Assembly (NCBI GenBank): GCA_965221425.1
Contig: OZ244889.1
Location: 3,077,415 to 3,141,414, forward strand
Length of the DNA: 64,000 bases
Reading direction: 5' to 3'
Origin: Candidatus Poribacteria bacterium
GTDB taxonomy: Bacteria > Poribacteria > WGA-4E > WGA-3G
Made by a program: the position numbers and the translations under genes. How positions within the stretch are numbered: position 1 is the first letter of the stretch; every line of letters begins with the position of its first letter. Under the pieces are notes generated by a model. The model searched no databases and was not told the origin of the DNA. It saw nothing but the letters and a program-made list of their open reading frames with translations. This document shows positions 27,388 to 36,653 of the stretch, in pieces.

Positions 27388-27684
27388 ATGAAATGGAAAA
27401 CACGTTGGTTAGAAGAAAATGAAGATGTTGATACATTAAAAGCGCAATTACAATCAGAGGGATTCGACCCATATCAGTGGTCTGGTCGTCCAGGTGGTGC
27501 ATATCTTGATTATATTCATACTCAGGATGAAGTTGTTTGTGTGTTGTCTGGTACTGCAGAAGCAAAAGTTGCCGATGCGGAAGGCACTGTGGAAAAAGGG
27601 GACCGAATTGATGTTCCTGCAAATACTTATCATTCTTTAACGGTGACAAGTGATGAACCGCTGGTTGTTTTGACGGGTATGTGA
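27388..27684 (+). CDS. small cupin-domain protein
   Basis: 98 aa. Cupin-like beta-barrel motifs (VVCVLSGTAEAKV..GDRIDVPANTYHSL). 10 nt downstream of the FDH stop; possible co-transcription. Confidence 0.45.
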   Translation: MKWKTRWLEENEDVDTLKAQLQSEGFDPYQWSGRPGGAYLDYIHTQDEVVCVLSGTAEAKVADAEGTVEKGDRIDVPANTYHSLTVTSDEPLVVLTGM

Positions 27685-27883
27685 AAATCTAAATAGCAGT
27701 CTGCTGTTAGTTATCAGCAGTCGGCAAGAAACCTAAAGCGAGAACTATTTAAAGTCGGTTCGTATATAAATCATCCTTCAATAGATCAAAAGCCGATAGA
27801 CTATTCCGAAACAGTTCGCGTTGGAACAAAAAATATAATCATCGTTGAAGAGTTTATTAAGTTTTAAAAGGGAAGTTTTGACT

Positions 27884-28612
27884 ATGGGTAAGGTCATCGT
27901 GATAACTTCTGGAAAGAGGGGAGTCGGTAAAACGACATCAACTGCAAACCTTGGTGCCGCCTTAGCGATGATTGGCAAAACAGTAGTTATGGTTGACGCT
28001 GACATTGGCTTGCGTAATCTTGATGTTGTAATGGGATTAGAGAGTCGAATAGTTTATACGTCTATGGATGTAATTGAAAAACGATGTGATCTTAATAAAG
28101 CCCTCGTAAAGGACCGACGTGTTGAAGGTTTAACGCTACTCGCTGCTTCGCAATGGAACAGAAGAAACGATATCAAACCGGAACAGATGCAGGAAATTTA
28201 TGAAAAACTCAAAGAAGATTATGACTTTGTTCTTGTTGACTCCCCCGCAGGAGTTGAGCAAGGATTTCAAAGTGCTGCCGTCGGTGCTAACGAAGCTATC
28301 ATCATCACAACCCCTGACGTATCAGCTATCCGAGATGCTGACAGGACTATTGACCTCTTGCAAAATCAAGGAATTGAATCTATCAACTTGATATTGAATC
28401 GATTGTCACCAACACTCGTTGAAAAAGAGAATAAGATTAGTAAGAATGACGTATTAGATATGCTTAACATTGATCTTCTCGGTGTTGTGCCTGAGGATAC
28501 TGGCATTTTCACCTCTACGAACCGCGGTGTGCCGCTTGTTTATAATGAAGGATCGTCGGGAGCTGAGGCGTATATGCGGATAGCACGCCGTATGACGGGA
28601 CACATACTTTAA
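27884..28612 (+). CDS. minD: MinD/ParA-family P-loop ATPase (MinD-like), orphan without MinC/MinE
   Basis: Deviant Walker A GKVIVITSGKRGVGKTT. Downstream MinD-like blocks (VVMVDADIGLRNLD; DFVLVDSPAG). GGGAAG RBS. Confidence 0.7.
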   Translation: MGKVIVITSGKRGVGKTTSTANLGAALAMIGKTVVMVDADIGLRNLDVVMGLESRIVYTSMDVIEKRCDLNKALVKDRRVEGLTLLAASQWNRRNDIKPEQMQEIYEKLKEDYDFVLVDSPAGVEQGFQSAAVGANEAIIITTPDVSAIRDADRTIDLLQNQGIESINLILNRLSPTLVEKENKISKNDVLDMLNIDLLGVVPEDTGIFTSTNRGVPLVYNEGSSGAEAYMRIARRMTGHIL

Positions 28613-28654
28613 TGCCTACTTTTGCACTTCACTATAAATAGAAAGGAAACATAT

Positions 28655-30142
28655 ATGAACATTACTGTCGAAATTGGCGATTTTCGTCAATCAGAAACCG
28701 ATGCTGTGCTTATCCCTGTGCTTGAAGATGACTTCCACAATGAGTTAATCTTAGCCGCTGACGCTGCTTTAGAGGGACGTATCCAAGCGTTTTTGAATCT
28801 TGGTGACTTCAAAGGTAAACCGAAGACAACCAGTGTGCTTTATACAAACGGTGCTATAACTGCCCCACGTATCATCTTGGTAGGTCTCGGTGTATATGCA
28901 GAACTCAATGCGGAAAAAGTACGCCAAGTCGCTGGACATACCGCTCGTCAGGCACGCGATATGGGACTGAAATCTATCACTGTTCCCATTCCCCCCGAAA
29001 CACAGGACGATTGGGCACAAGCAGCCGTTGAGGCAAGTCTTCTCTCACTCTATGAATTTAAACAACACAAAACACAAAAAGACGATAATGAAGACAAAGA
29101 TAAAACACTTGAATCTATGTCTCTTCTCGTAGGAAGTAAGGCAGAAAAATCGTCCCTGGAACGTATTGTTGAAAGAGGACAGACGATTGCTAAAGGTACT
29201 ATCCTTGCTCGCGATCTCAGCAACCAACCCGGGAACCACCTTACACCGACCCTACTTGCTGAAAAGGCTGAGGAGGTAGCAGAAACGGTGGGACTCAACT
29301 GCACAGTTTTTGACAAACCGACACTTGAGGAAAAAGGTTTCCGCACACTGTTAGCCGTTGCGCAAGGCAGTGCCGAAGATCCGCGCTTCATCATTTTGGA
29401 ATATACCCCTGAAGGAGAAGGACACGATACCGTAGCACTCGTTGGAAAGGGGATTACCTTTGACACGGGTGGCATTTCACTTAAATCTGGAAGCGGTATG
29501 CACGAAATGAAACATGACATGTCTGGTGCTGCAGCGGTTTTAGGCGCGATGCAGGTAATCGGACACCTGAAACCCAACGTACGCGTTATCGGTATAATTG
29601 CGACAACAGAAAACATGCCCGGATCAACCGCAATTAAACCGGGAGACGTTGTCACCTCCTACGGTGGAAAAACAATTGAAATCCTCAATACCGATGCCGA
29701 GGGGAGGCTAATTTTGGCTGATGCACTCGGATGGACTGCCCAGTATGAACCGCAAGGTGTTATTGATTTAGCTACGCTTACCGGTGCTGTAATTACCTGT
29801 CTCGGACATATCGCCGCAGGAGCAATGGGAACTGATGACACCTTAATGGAAAAAATAAAGAAGGCAGCTGAAAAAACGCATGAACGGGTCTGGGAATTAC
29901 CGCTTTGGGACGATTATGATGAAGGGGTAAAAAGTAAAGTTGCCGATGTGCAGAACATTGGGGATGGCACTGCTGGCACACTTGCAGGTGGCGCATTTCT
30001 GAAGAAATTTGCTGAAGGATACCCATGGGTTCACCTTGATATTGCAGGTACTGCTTGGGGAGTGAAAAATTCTACCTATATCCCAGAAGGAGCGTCTGGC
30101 TACGGTGTTCGGTTGTTGGTGCAATTGGTTGAAGATTGGTAG
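28655..30142 (+). CDS. pepA: leucyl aminopeptidase (M17)
   Basis: NTDAEGRLILADAL and VALVGKGITFDTGG signatures. GAAAGGAAA RBS before MNITVEI. Confidence 0.9.
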   Translation: MNITVEIGDFRQSETDAVLIPVLEDDFHNELILAADAALEGRIQAFLNLGDFKGKPKTTSVLYTNGAITAPRIILVGLGVYAELNAEKVRQVAGHTARQARDMGLKSITVPIPPETQDDWAQAAVEASLLSLYEFKQHKTQKDDNEDKDKTLESMSLLVGSKAEKSSLERIVERGQTIAKGTILARDLSNQPGNHLTPTLLAEKAEEVAETVGLNCTVFDKPTLEEKGFRTLLAVAQGSAEDPRFIILEYTPEGEGHDTVALVGKGITFDTGGISLKSGSGMHEMKHDMSGAAAVLGAMQVIGHLKPNVRVIGIIATTENMPGSTAIKPGDVVTSYGGKTIEILNTDAEGRLILADALGWTAQYEPQGVIDLATLTGAVITCLGHIAAGAMGTDDTLMEKIKKAAEKTHERVWELPLWDDYDEGVKSKVADVQNIGDGTAGTLAGGAFLKKFAEGYPWVHLDIAGTAWGVKNSTYIPEGASGYGVRLLVQLVEDW

Positions 30143-30865
30143 AAAGTGTTTGTAGATATGTGCCAAACCTTTAGGTGTCAACTTAAGTACAAATTGCTTG
30201 ATCCTCTCTTGTAGGATTTATAAAGTTTCCACCACCTCTGTAGGCGCGTTTTGTAAACGCGCCGTTTATAGCGTCTGCTGTTTAGGCTCGGCGCGTTTAC
30301 AAAACGCGCCTACCAGGGTGGCGAACCGCTAAATTGATGCATAAGGTGCAGAAACGGAATACAAACTAACAGTTTGTCCTACAACACAGCGGTAGGTGGG
30401 GAATCATGGCGAATACCATACGCGTATTCGCCTAAATGGCATTCATACCGTTGATTTGGAGGTTTCCTAACCGCGCCGATGCAGAGTGTCAAAGTCCTTC
30501 TAAAATCTACTATGGTAAAACCTATAATTAATGGGACACTTCTGAGCATCAACCTGTTAGTTTGTGCAGATACGGACACAAACTAAATAAAGATTAAAAA
30601 TAAATTGGGTAATGTAGCGAGGTTAGGAAACCTCGCCAGCAGAGATATACACTTGCTGCTGGCAAGGCGGGGAATGCCTAAATGGCATTCATACCCGGGG
30701 AATGACTAAACGTCATTCATACCGTTGATTTCTTGATTTCTTCCTAACCTTGCCAATTACCGAAATATTTATTTAAACTTCATACAGTTTGTGCTACAAC
30801 CCCCTGGTAGGTTCGGTTTCCAACCGAACCGAACATAATGTCCAATTAATTCTAAAATCTACTAT
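30143..30865. repeat. 720 bp intergenic nest of at least five repeat units
   Basis: Units in order: 24 bp-stem palindrome pair 'taggcgcgttttgtaaacgcgcc..ggcgcgtttacaaaacgcgccta' (30236-30318); family B hairpins (30352-30390, 30528-30585); partial and complete family A MITE copies (30395-30480, 30588-30799); REP-like hairpin 'ggttcggtttccaaccgaacc' (30803-30826). Confidence 0.7.
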
Positions 30866-30895
30866 ATGCCCGTGCCAAACCTGAAAGGGGTAAAA

Positions 30896-31291
30896 ATGAG
30901 CAATGACTCAAACTACGAAGATTTACAAACCCATATCCGTGGACTGGAAACACCATCAATTGAGACATGGGTAAATCAGTATAGCCACCGGAATTATACA
31001 ATTGAGATTACCAACTTAGAATTCACGGCTGTCTGCCCCAAAACAGGATTGCCAGATTTTGCTACGATCTGTATCACTTATGTGCCAGACCAGCAGTGTG
31101 TTGAACTGAAGTCCTTAAAGGAGTACTTTATGTTTTTTAGGGATGTCGGTATTTTTCATGAGCACGTTATAAATAAAGTGCTTGAGGATTTTATTGCGGC
31201 GTGTCAACCACGAGCCGTAGAGGTTGTAGGTGATTTTAACATCCGTGGTGGAATTAAAACAGTCGTACGTGCAAGTTATGAGAAGGAGTAG
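30896..31291 (+). CDS. queF: NADPH-dependent 7-cyano-7-deazaguanine (preQ0) reductase
   Basis: FTAVCPKTGLPDFATICITYVPDQQCVELKSLKEYFMFFRDVGIFHE is the type I QueF consensus. Catalytic Cys present. Confidence 0.85.
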   Translation: MSNDSNYEDLQTHIRGLETPSIETWVNQYSHRNYTIEITNLEFTAVCPKTGLPDFATICITYVPDQQCVELKSLKEYFMFFRDVGIFHEHVINKVLEDFIAACQPRAVEVVGDFNIRGGIKTVVRASYEKE

Positions 31292-31330
31292 GTTTTGGGA
31301 CAGATATAAAAATCCGTCCCGATAGAAATA

Positions 31331-32359
31331 TTACAGGATTGGTACTGAGCGTCCTATCCGAGCAGATTCATAAAGCGCGTCAAAGATTTTTGCCACGTTC
31401 AATACTTCTTCTGCTGGTACAGGTGAAGGTAAATCCTCTCGAATAGCTGTATGGAAAGATTCAAATTCCCCCGGTAATCCTTTAAGAAGTTCGGGCTTGT
31501 AATTAACCATTTCGTCCTTTTTATCAAGATATATCTGAAGCGGCTTATAGGTGGCACCAGCTAAATCACCCATAAAGAATGTGCCGCCGATATTCTGAAT
31601 ATGCGATGCCCAAGCAGTTTCTAAGGTAACTGTCAATTCACCCTCAAACTTTATTGTTCCCATAGCGAAATCTTCCACATCAAAATCTTCAGGATTCCAT
31701 TTCCCCCATTTATTTAAAGTATCAGGTCTATCTCCAAATTTCTTCGCTGTCATTCCGAATGCCTCAATAGGTTTGGGACACCCTATCATCCAGAGCAGGA
31801 CATCAAGGATATGCACGCCTATATCAATGAGCGGTCCACCCCCTGCGATTGCTTTACTGATAAACGATGGTGATGCTGGCACACCGCGCCGCCGCATTGC
31901 CATCGCGCGGGCATAGTAGACATCGCCAAAGAATCCTTCTGCGTGAAGTTTACGTAGCGTCTGTGAGCCAGCACGAAATCGAGATTGTAACCCAATCTGT
32001 AGTATTTTGCCACTCGCCTTTTGTGCGTCTACCATCGCTTGACCATCAATCGCATTGGCAGCGATCGGTTTTTCACAGATAACGTGTTTTCCTGCATTCA
32101 AAGCCGCAATAGTCGGTCCCGCATGAAAGTTATTTGGGGTACAGACACTCACCGCATTGAGTTCATCCATCTCAACTAACTTTTCGTAATCGGTGAAAAC
32201 GTGCGGGATATCATGTTTTTTAGCAAAAGATTTCGCGCGTGCTTTATCAATATCACATGCTGCAATAACTGATACATCTTTAACGCTGTTATGTCCAGGG
32301 AGATGTTTTCCTCCGGCGATACCACCACAGCCAACAATACCAACCTTTATTTTTTTCAT
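31331..32359 (-). CDS. Gfo/Idh/MocA-family NAD(P)-dependent oxidoreductase
   Basis: N-terminal Rossmann KVGIVGCGGIAGGKHLPG..VSVCTPNNFHAGPTIAALNAGKHVICEKP. Confidence 0.85.
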   Translation of the reverse strand: MKKIKVGIVGCGGIAGGKHLPGHNSVKDVSVIAACDIDKARAKSFAKKHDIPHVFTDYEKLVEMDELNAVSVCTPNNFHAGPTIAALNAGKHVICEKPIAANAIDGQAMVDAQKASGKILQIGLQSRFRAGSQTLRKLHAEGFFGDVYYARAMAMRRRGVPASPSFISKAIAGGGPLIDIGVHILDVLLWMIGCPKPIEAFGMTAKKFGDRPDTLNKWGKWNPEDFDVEDFAMGTIKFEGELTVTLETAWASHIQNIGGTFFMGDLAGATYKPLQIYLDKKDEMVNYKPELLKGLPGEFESFHTAIREDLPSPVPAEEVLNVAKIFDALYESARIGRSVPIL

Positions 32360-32402
32360 TTTATTTCTTTCGTAAAAGTGATGTGAATCCTATTTGCACG
32401 AA

Positions 32403-33218
32403 CTAAATTGTGACGACCTGTGGTGCTTGTTCCAGTTTTAAATTATGATCTGCTGCCCATTGTGCCGCTGCACCGCCACCTCCACCGAGAAATTGTTTGC
32501 CAAGGTCATCAACGTTTTTCAGCACATCATCGTCAGGCTGCTGTTTGTCATTGTAATGTAAAAGATACCCTTCTGGTTTGAGCCAAGCGTAATGGTACCC
32601 GTAAATCACAATTTTAGCGGTTTTATCAGTAAAGTTGAGCCCTGTAGAGTGATAGATGCGGTTTTCAAAGAAATATACATCCCCTGCGCGGAGAAGCGGT
32701 TCAGCATAGGGTTCAATCGGGTCAATTTCACCTTCGGGAATGCCCAAAGGTTCTCCTGAAGTGTGGCTTTTTGGGACAAACAACGTAGCACCAGAATTCG
32801 GAACGGTGAGATCCGTCAAGCAGTAAGCGACCTTCAACCCAACACGCGGGCAATTTTTGTGTCCGAGGTCTAAATGCAAACCGACGTCACGATGCCATCC
32901 ACGATCTTCAGGCATCTCGTGTGGCTGTGGGCGTTTGTAGAGAAGCGCGGTATTGGTAATATGTATATTTGTGCCAAGCAATTGAATAACTAATGGGATT
33001 GCTTTTGTCTGTGATGTAAGTTCTGCAAATGCGGGGTCTTGCACCAATCCGTCCCGCTTGTGGACGTACTGTGCGTCTGTTTCAAGCGAATCCACAATGC
33101 GGTCACCTGCTTCAGTCAAACGAGCTATCATCTCTTCATCAAGTACCGACCGCATGATGAAAAACCCGTTTTCCTCAAATTCCTCACGTTGTTCTTCTGT
33201 CAACTGAACGAATTCCAT
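32403..33218 (-). CDS. phytanoyl-CoA dioxygenase (PhyH)-family Fe(II)/2-oxoglutarate oxygenase
   Basis: GWHRD..H facial-triad context and PhyH-like length (271 aa). Confidence 0.65.
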   Translation of the reverse strand: MEFVQLTEEQREEFEENGFFIMRSVLDEEMIARLTEAGDRIVDSLETDAQYVHKRDGLVQDPAFAELTSQTKAIPLVIQLLGTNIHITNTALLYKRPQPHEMPEDRGWHRDVGLHLDLGHKNCPRVGLKVAYCLTDLTVPNSGATLFVPKSHTSGEPLGIPEGEIDPIEPYAEPLLRAGDVYFFENRIYHSTGLNFTDKTAKIVIYGYHYAWLKPEGYLLHYNDKQQPDDDVLKNVDDLGKQFLGGGGGAAAQWAADHNLKLEQAPQVVTI

Positions 33219-33301
33219 GTGTTATGCTCCTTTGCTGCCGAAAGCGATTGGTATAATGGTCCCATAAATAGAAAATAGCGTCTATTATACCCCAAGTTGC
33301 T

Positions 33302-33470
33302 TTGTAGCACAATCTGTCCGAAGATTAATTCGGTAATTTTCCATCCGCGCGAGGCACATATACCCGACTGCTGGCGAGGTTTCCGAACCTCGCCAAATTA
33401 CCGATTTATTTTCTTAATCTTCATTTCGATTGTGCCTGTGAGTGTGCAAACTGAAAGTTTACGCTACGAC
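33302..33470. repeat. MITE-like element family A copy (single core) with family B tail
   Basis: 'ttgtagcacaatctgtccgaagattaattcggtaa..ctgctggcgaggtttccgaacctcgccaaattaccgatttattttcttaatcttcat' then 'gtgcaaactgaaagtttacgctacgac'. Confidence 0.65.
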
Positions 33471-33664
33471 TTCCATTGTCCGTTATGTTTCCAAACAGGT
33501 TTATCAAAGTGTCCCAATAATTTCAAAGTTCACTATATGTCTCTATATTATCATGAAAGGCAGTTCTATCAAAGCGAAATTTCTACAGACATAAACCTTG
33601 AAAATTTTCATTTCACTTAATATAATGGAGAGCATACCCATGGCAAAATCCCATATAAACTGAA

Positions 33665-36103
33665 ATGACACGCAAACCACGCCCCGCGCTCTATTTTCTC
33701 ATTCCGTTTTCGCTCGGAATATTAATAAGCAGTTATACATCAATTCCGATGCTTTGGTTATGGTTATGTGTGTTGATATGTCTTATTGGCAGTATTCTGG
33801 CGCGGATTAGGACAAAATATCTCTGTTATGTGCTGCTTCACATTGCGGTGTTTGCAAGTGGGATGGTGAGATTGGAAATTGCTACTGTCCCATCAATCCC
33901 TTCTCACTTTTTCGACCAACCGGTTAGCTTTACAGGCAAAACTGTGTATCAGCCGGAACGCGGTGAAACTTGGGAAGCAGGTTATGCTGCTGGACAGGTT
34001 CAACTTTTATCAGAACCATCACAGACAGTATCGGCAAAGTTCTTGATAAGGTTTCAGGAATTGATACCACTACGCTACGGTAAACATATAACTTTGACAG
34101 GTGTGCTACGTCAACCCGATACGCGAAGAAATCCTGGCGGTTTTGATTATCGCGCCTATCTTGCGCGGCAAAATGTCTCTGGAATCATATATCACCAAGG
34201 ATTACTTCGTATAGAAGATAAACAATCTGGATTTCCACCGTTGCGTTGGACAGAGGCACTTCGCCTTAAAACTGAAAAGATTATAGAAGAAACTTATTAC
34301 AAAGACTCATTACATGTGAAGTTGCTAAAAGGAATCCTACTTGGGAAACGCGGAGATGTACCATCAGAGACTTTAGACATCTTTCGCAACAGTGGTACTT
34401 TTCATGTGCTGGCGGTGTCGGGTTTACACGTTGGACTCGTTGCGATGTTTTGTTACTTCGGTTTGTCTCCTTTTAGAATTCCCAAAAAGCTGCTTTCTCT
34501 CTTAACAATTGTAGTGGTTCTTATCTACGCTTGTTTAGTCGGATTCCGTCCTTCTGTCTTTCGTGCTACACTCATGGCAACTCTATACTTATTTGCCACA
34601 ATAATTGATCGTGATGCAAACATCTACAATATGCTCGGAGTCGCTGCCTTGGTATTACTCCTCTTAAATCCAATGCAGTTATGGGATGTAGGTTTTCAGC
34701 TATCATTTGTTGCGGTCGCGTCCATTGTCTATTTTGTTCCAAAAATGGAGAAACCTTTACAGAGTCTGTGGAGTTCTGATAAATCTGATGATAGAAATAT
34801 TCTGCTCAAATTTAAGAATACCGCCATAAAATGGATAATGCTATCCTATCTTGTGACATTCGCTGCACAACTCGGGACTGGACCTCTCATCGCTTTTCAC
34901 TTTTATAAGGCATATCCATTCGGCATAATTGTGGGACCGTTTGCGGTTGGGCTTGTTTCGTTAATCGTTGGTGTAGGCATAGTATCGGTCTGTATAGGTT
35001 TTGTGTTGCTTCCATTTGCTAAACTGTTGGCACTGGTTAATCACGTGATCATCTTCATTTTTCTAAAACTCATCGGAATTTTTGGACAAGAATGGAGTGT
35101 AATGAAGATAGCACCGCCAACATTTGGTCTCATCGTTGTCTACATAGCAATATGTTTAGGCATTACACATTGGCGATACGTGTATAAACAATGGAAAGTG
35201 GCAAGTCTCATCGGATTATTGGTTGTGGCAATCTGGATTTGGGACAGTGCTTTTCATGAAAAAGGCCGTTTGTTAGAAGTAGTTACGCTTGATGTTGGAC
35301 AAGGGGATGCAGCTATTGTCAAATTTCCTGATAAACGAACAATGTTGATTGACGGTGGCATCCAACACTCATATTACGATGAAAAGCGGCGGAGGGAAGT
35401 TGAATATGACGTAGGTAAACGAATTATTGAACCGTATCTTAATGCTCATGGGATTCGGAAGCTTGATTTGGTGATGCTTACGCACCCAGACATTGATCAT
35501 GGAGGTGGAATTGCCTACATTCTTCAAAACTTTAAAGTGAAGCATATCCTTGGAATACCGGACAGGAAACTTGCTTCTCAAATCCATCAACGATTGCGGA
35601 GCATTGCCAGAACGCAAGACATTCCCTATTCTTTTCCGTACGCAGAAGAAATAAAATTCACGCCAACTGCTACGCTTAATCTACTACATCCGATTGATGC
35701 TGCGTCCACCGATCTAATGGACACGGATAAAAACAATGATTCGCTTGTGCTGAAACTCAGTTATGGCGAAGTAGATATCTTGTTCACTGGCGATATTGAA
35801 GCAAAAGCTGAAACTCAATTAATCGCATCCCGACAAGATTTAAGATCAGAAATAATAAAGGTCCCGCATCACGGAAGCCGAACCTCAAGCAGCACGATGT
35901 TTATAGATACTGTTCAACCACGTTATGCTATCTTTTCACTTGGTCAAAGGAATCGGTTTCAATTTCCGCATACAGAAGTCGTTGCAAGGTATAGAGAACG
36001 TAATTGTGTTCAACTCAGAACAGATCAACTTGGTGCGATTACACTGAAAACTGATGGAGTAAGGTGTTGGTTTAGGTATACCGTCGTGCCAGATAGAATT
36101 TAA
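33665..36103 (+). CDS. comEC: DNA internalization competence protein ComEC/Rec2 (competence domain + C-terminal metallo-beta-lactamase domain)
   Basis: Competence-domain block FRNSGTFHVLAVSGLHVGLVA. MBL block VVTLDVGQGDAAIVKF..LIDGG..LVMLTHPDIDHGGG. Polytopic N-terminus. Confidence 0.85.
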   Translation: MTRKPRPALYFLIPFSLGILISSYTSIPMLWLWLCVLICLIGSILARIRTKYLCYVLLHIAVFASGMVRLEIATVPSIPSHFFDQPVSFTGKTVYQPERGETWEAGYAAGQVQLLSEPSQTVSAKFLIRFQELIPLRYGKHITLTGVLRQPDTRRNPGGFDYRAYLARQNVSGIIYHQGLLRIEDKQSGFPPLRWTEALRLKTEKIIEETYYKDSLHVKLLKGILLGKRGDVPSETLDIFRNSGTFHVLAVSGLHVGLVAMFCYFGLSPFRIPKKLLSLLTIVVVLIYACLVGFRPSVFRATLMATLYLFATIIDRDANIYNMLGVAALVLLLLNPMQLWDVGFQLSFVAVASIVYFVPKMEKPLQSLWSSDKSDDRNILLKFKNTAIKWIMLSYLVTFAAQLGTGPLIAFHFYKAYPFGIIVGPFAVGLVSLIVGVGIVSVCIGFVLLPFAKLLALVNHVIIFIFLKLIGIFGQEWSVMKIAPPTFGLIVVYIAICLGITHWRYVYKQWKVASLIGLLVVAIWIWDSAFHEKGRLLEVVTLDVGQGDAAIVKFPDKRTMLIDGGIQHSYYDEKRRREVEYDVGKRIIEPYLNAHGIRKLDLVMLTHPDIDHGGGIAYILQNFKVKHILGIPDRKLASQIHQRLRSIARTQDIPYSFPYAEEIKFTPTATLNLLHPIDAASTDLMDTDKNNDSLVLKLSYGEVDILFTGDIEAKAETQLIASRQDLRSEIIKVPHHGSRTSSSTMFIDTVQPRYAIFSLGQRNRFQFPHTEVVARYRERNCVQLRTDQLGAITLKTDGVRCWFRYTVVPDRI

Positions 36104-36287
36104 TTAATTGGGTGTGCATAAAGAATTCAATGTCATGTCCGTCCTTAAAGGTAGTCCGTATTAACTGGGACGTTTTGTAAGATGAAAGTGCCTTTGTCAA
36201 AGCCTATTTTTAACGGTGTCATTCTTTCAACTTCTTCGGTGCGTTATCCTAACTCATTTCGCGAACGGGTTCAATGACTTCTGTCCT

Positions 36288-36482
36288 CTATTTTGGCTTT
36301 TGTGCTTGTTGAATCTCCTTGAGGATCATTTTGATATCTTGTTCAGGTAGTTTATGTCGATCAATAGTGTAATCACCTTTACCGCTTTTGTCTTTAAGGA
36401 TTTTATCTAAAAGTGCATGAAGTTCCGGATCGCTATACTGTAGTTCTTCCATCTTTTTATTCAGTATCGCTTGGGTGTTCAT
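36288..36482 (-). CDS. hypothetical small protein in AT-rich spacer
   Basis: ORF only; no recognisable domain. Confidence 0.2.
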   Translation of the reverse strand: MNTQAILNKKMEELQYSDPELHALLDKILKDKSGKGDYTIDRHKLPEQDIKMILKEIQQAQKPK

Positions 36483-36653
36483 CAGGTTTCAAGATAGATT
36501 TTCAAGTTTTGAAATTGATTTTGCAATTGCTGATCCTATAACAGTTTCATTAATTTCTTATGCATTTACATTTGAATTATACCATACTTTCTGTTAATAT
36601 AAAAGAAATTTGGTTAACGCAAAACAGAAAAATTACAAGAAAGGAAAGAATCT

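Noticed and set aside
30800-30895. Possible preQ1 riboswitch upstream of queF
   Set aside because: The hairpin here (GGTTCGGTTTCCAACCGAACC) belongs to the dispersed REP-like family. It lacks the preQ1-I loop and A-rich tail consensus.
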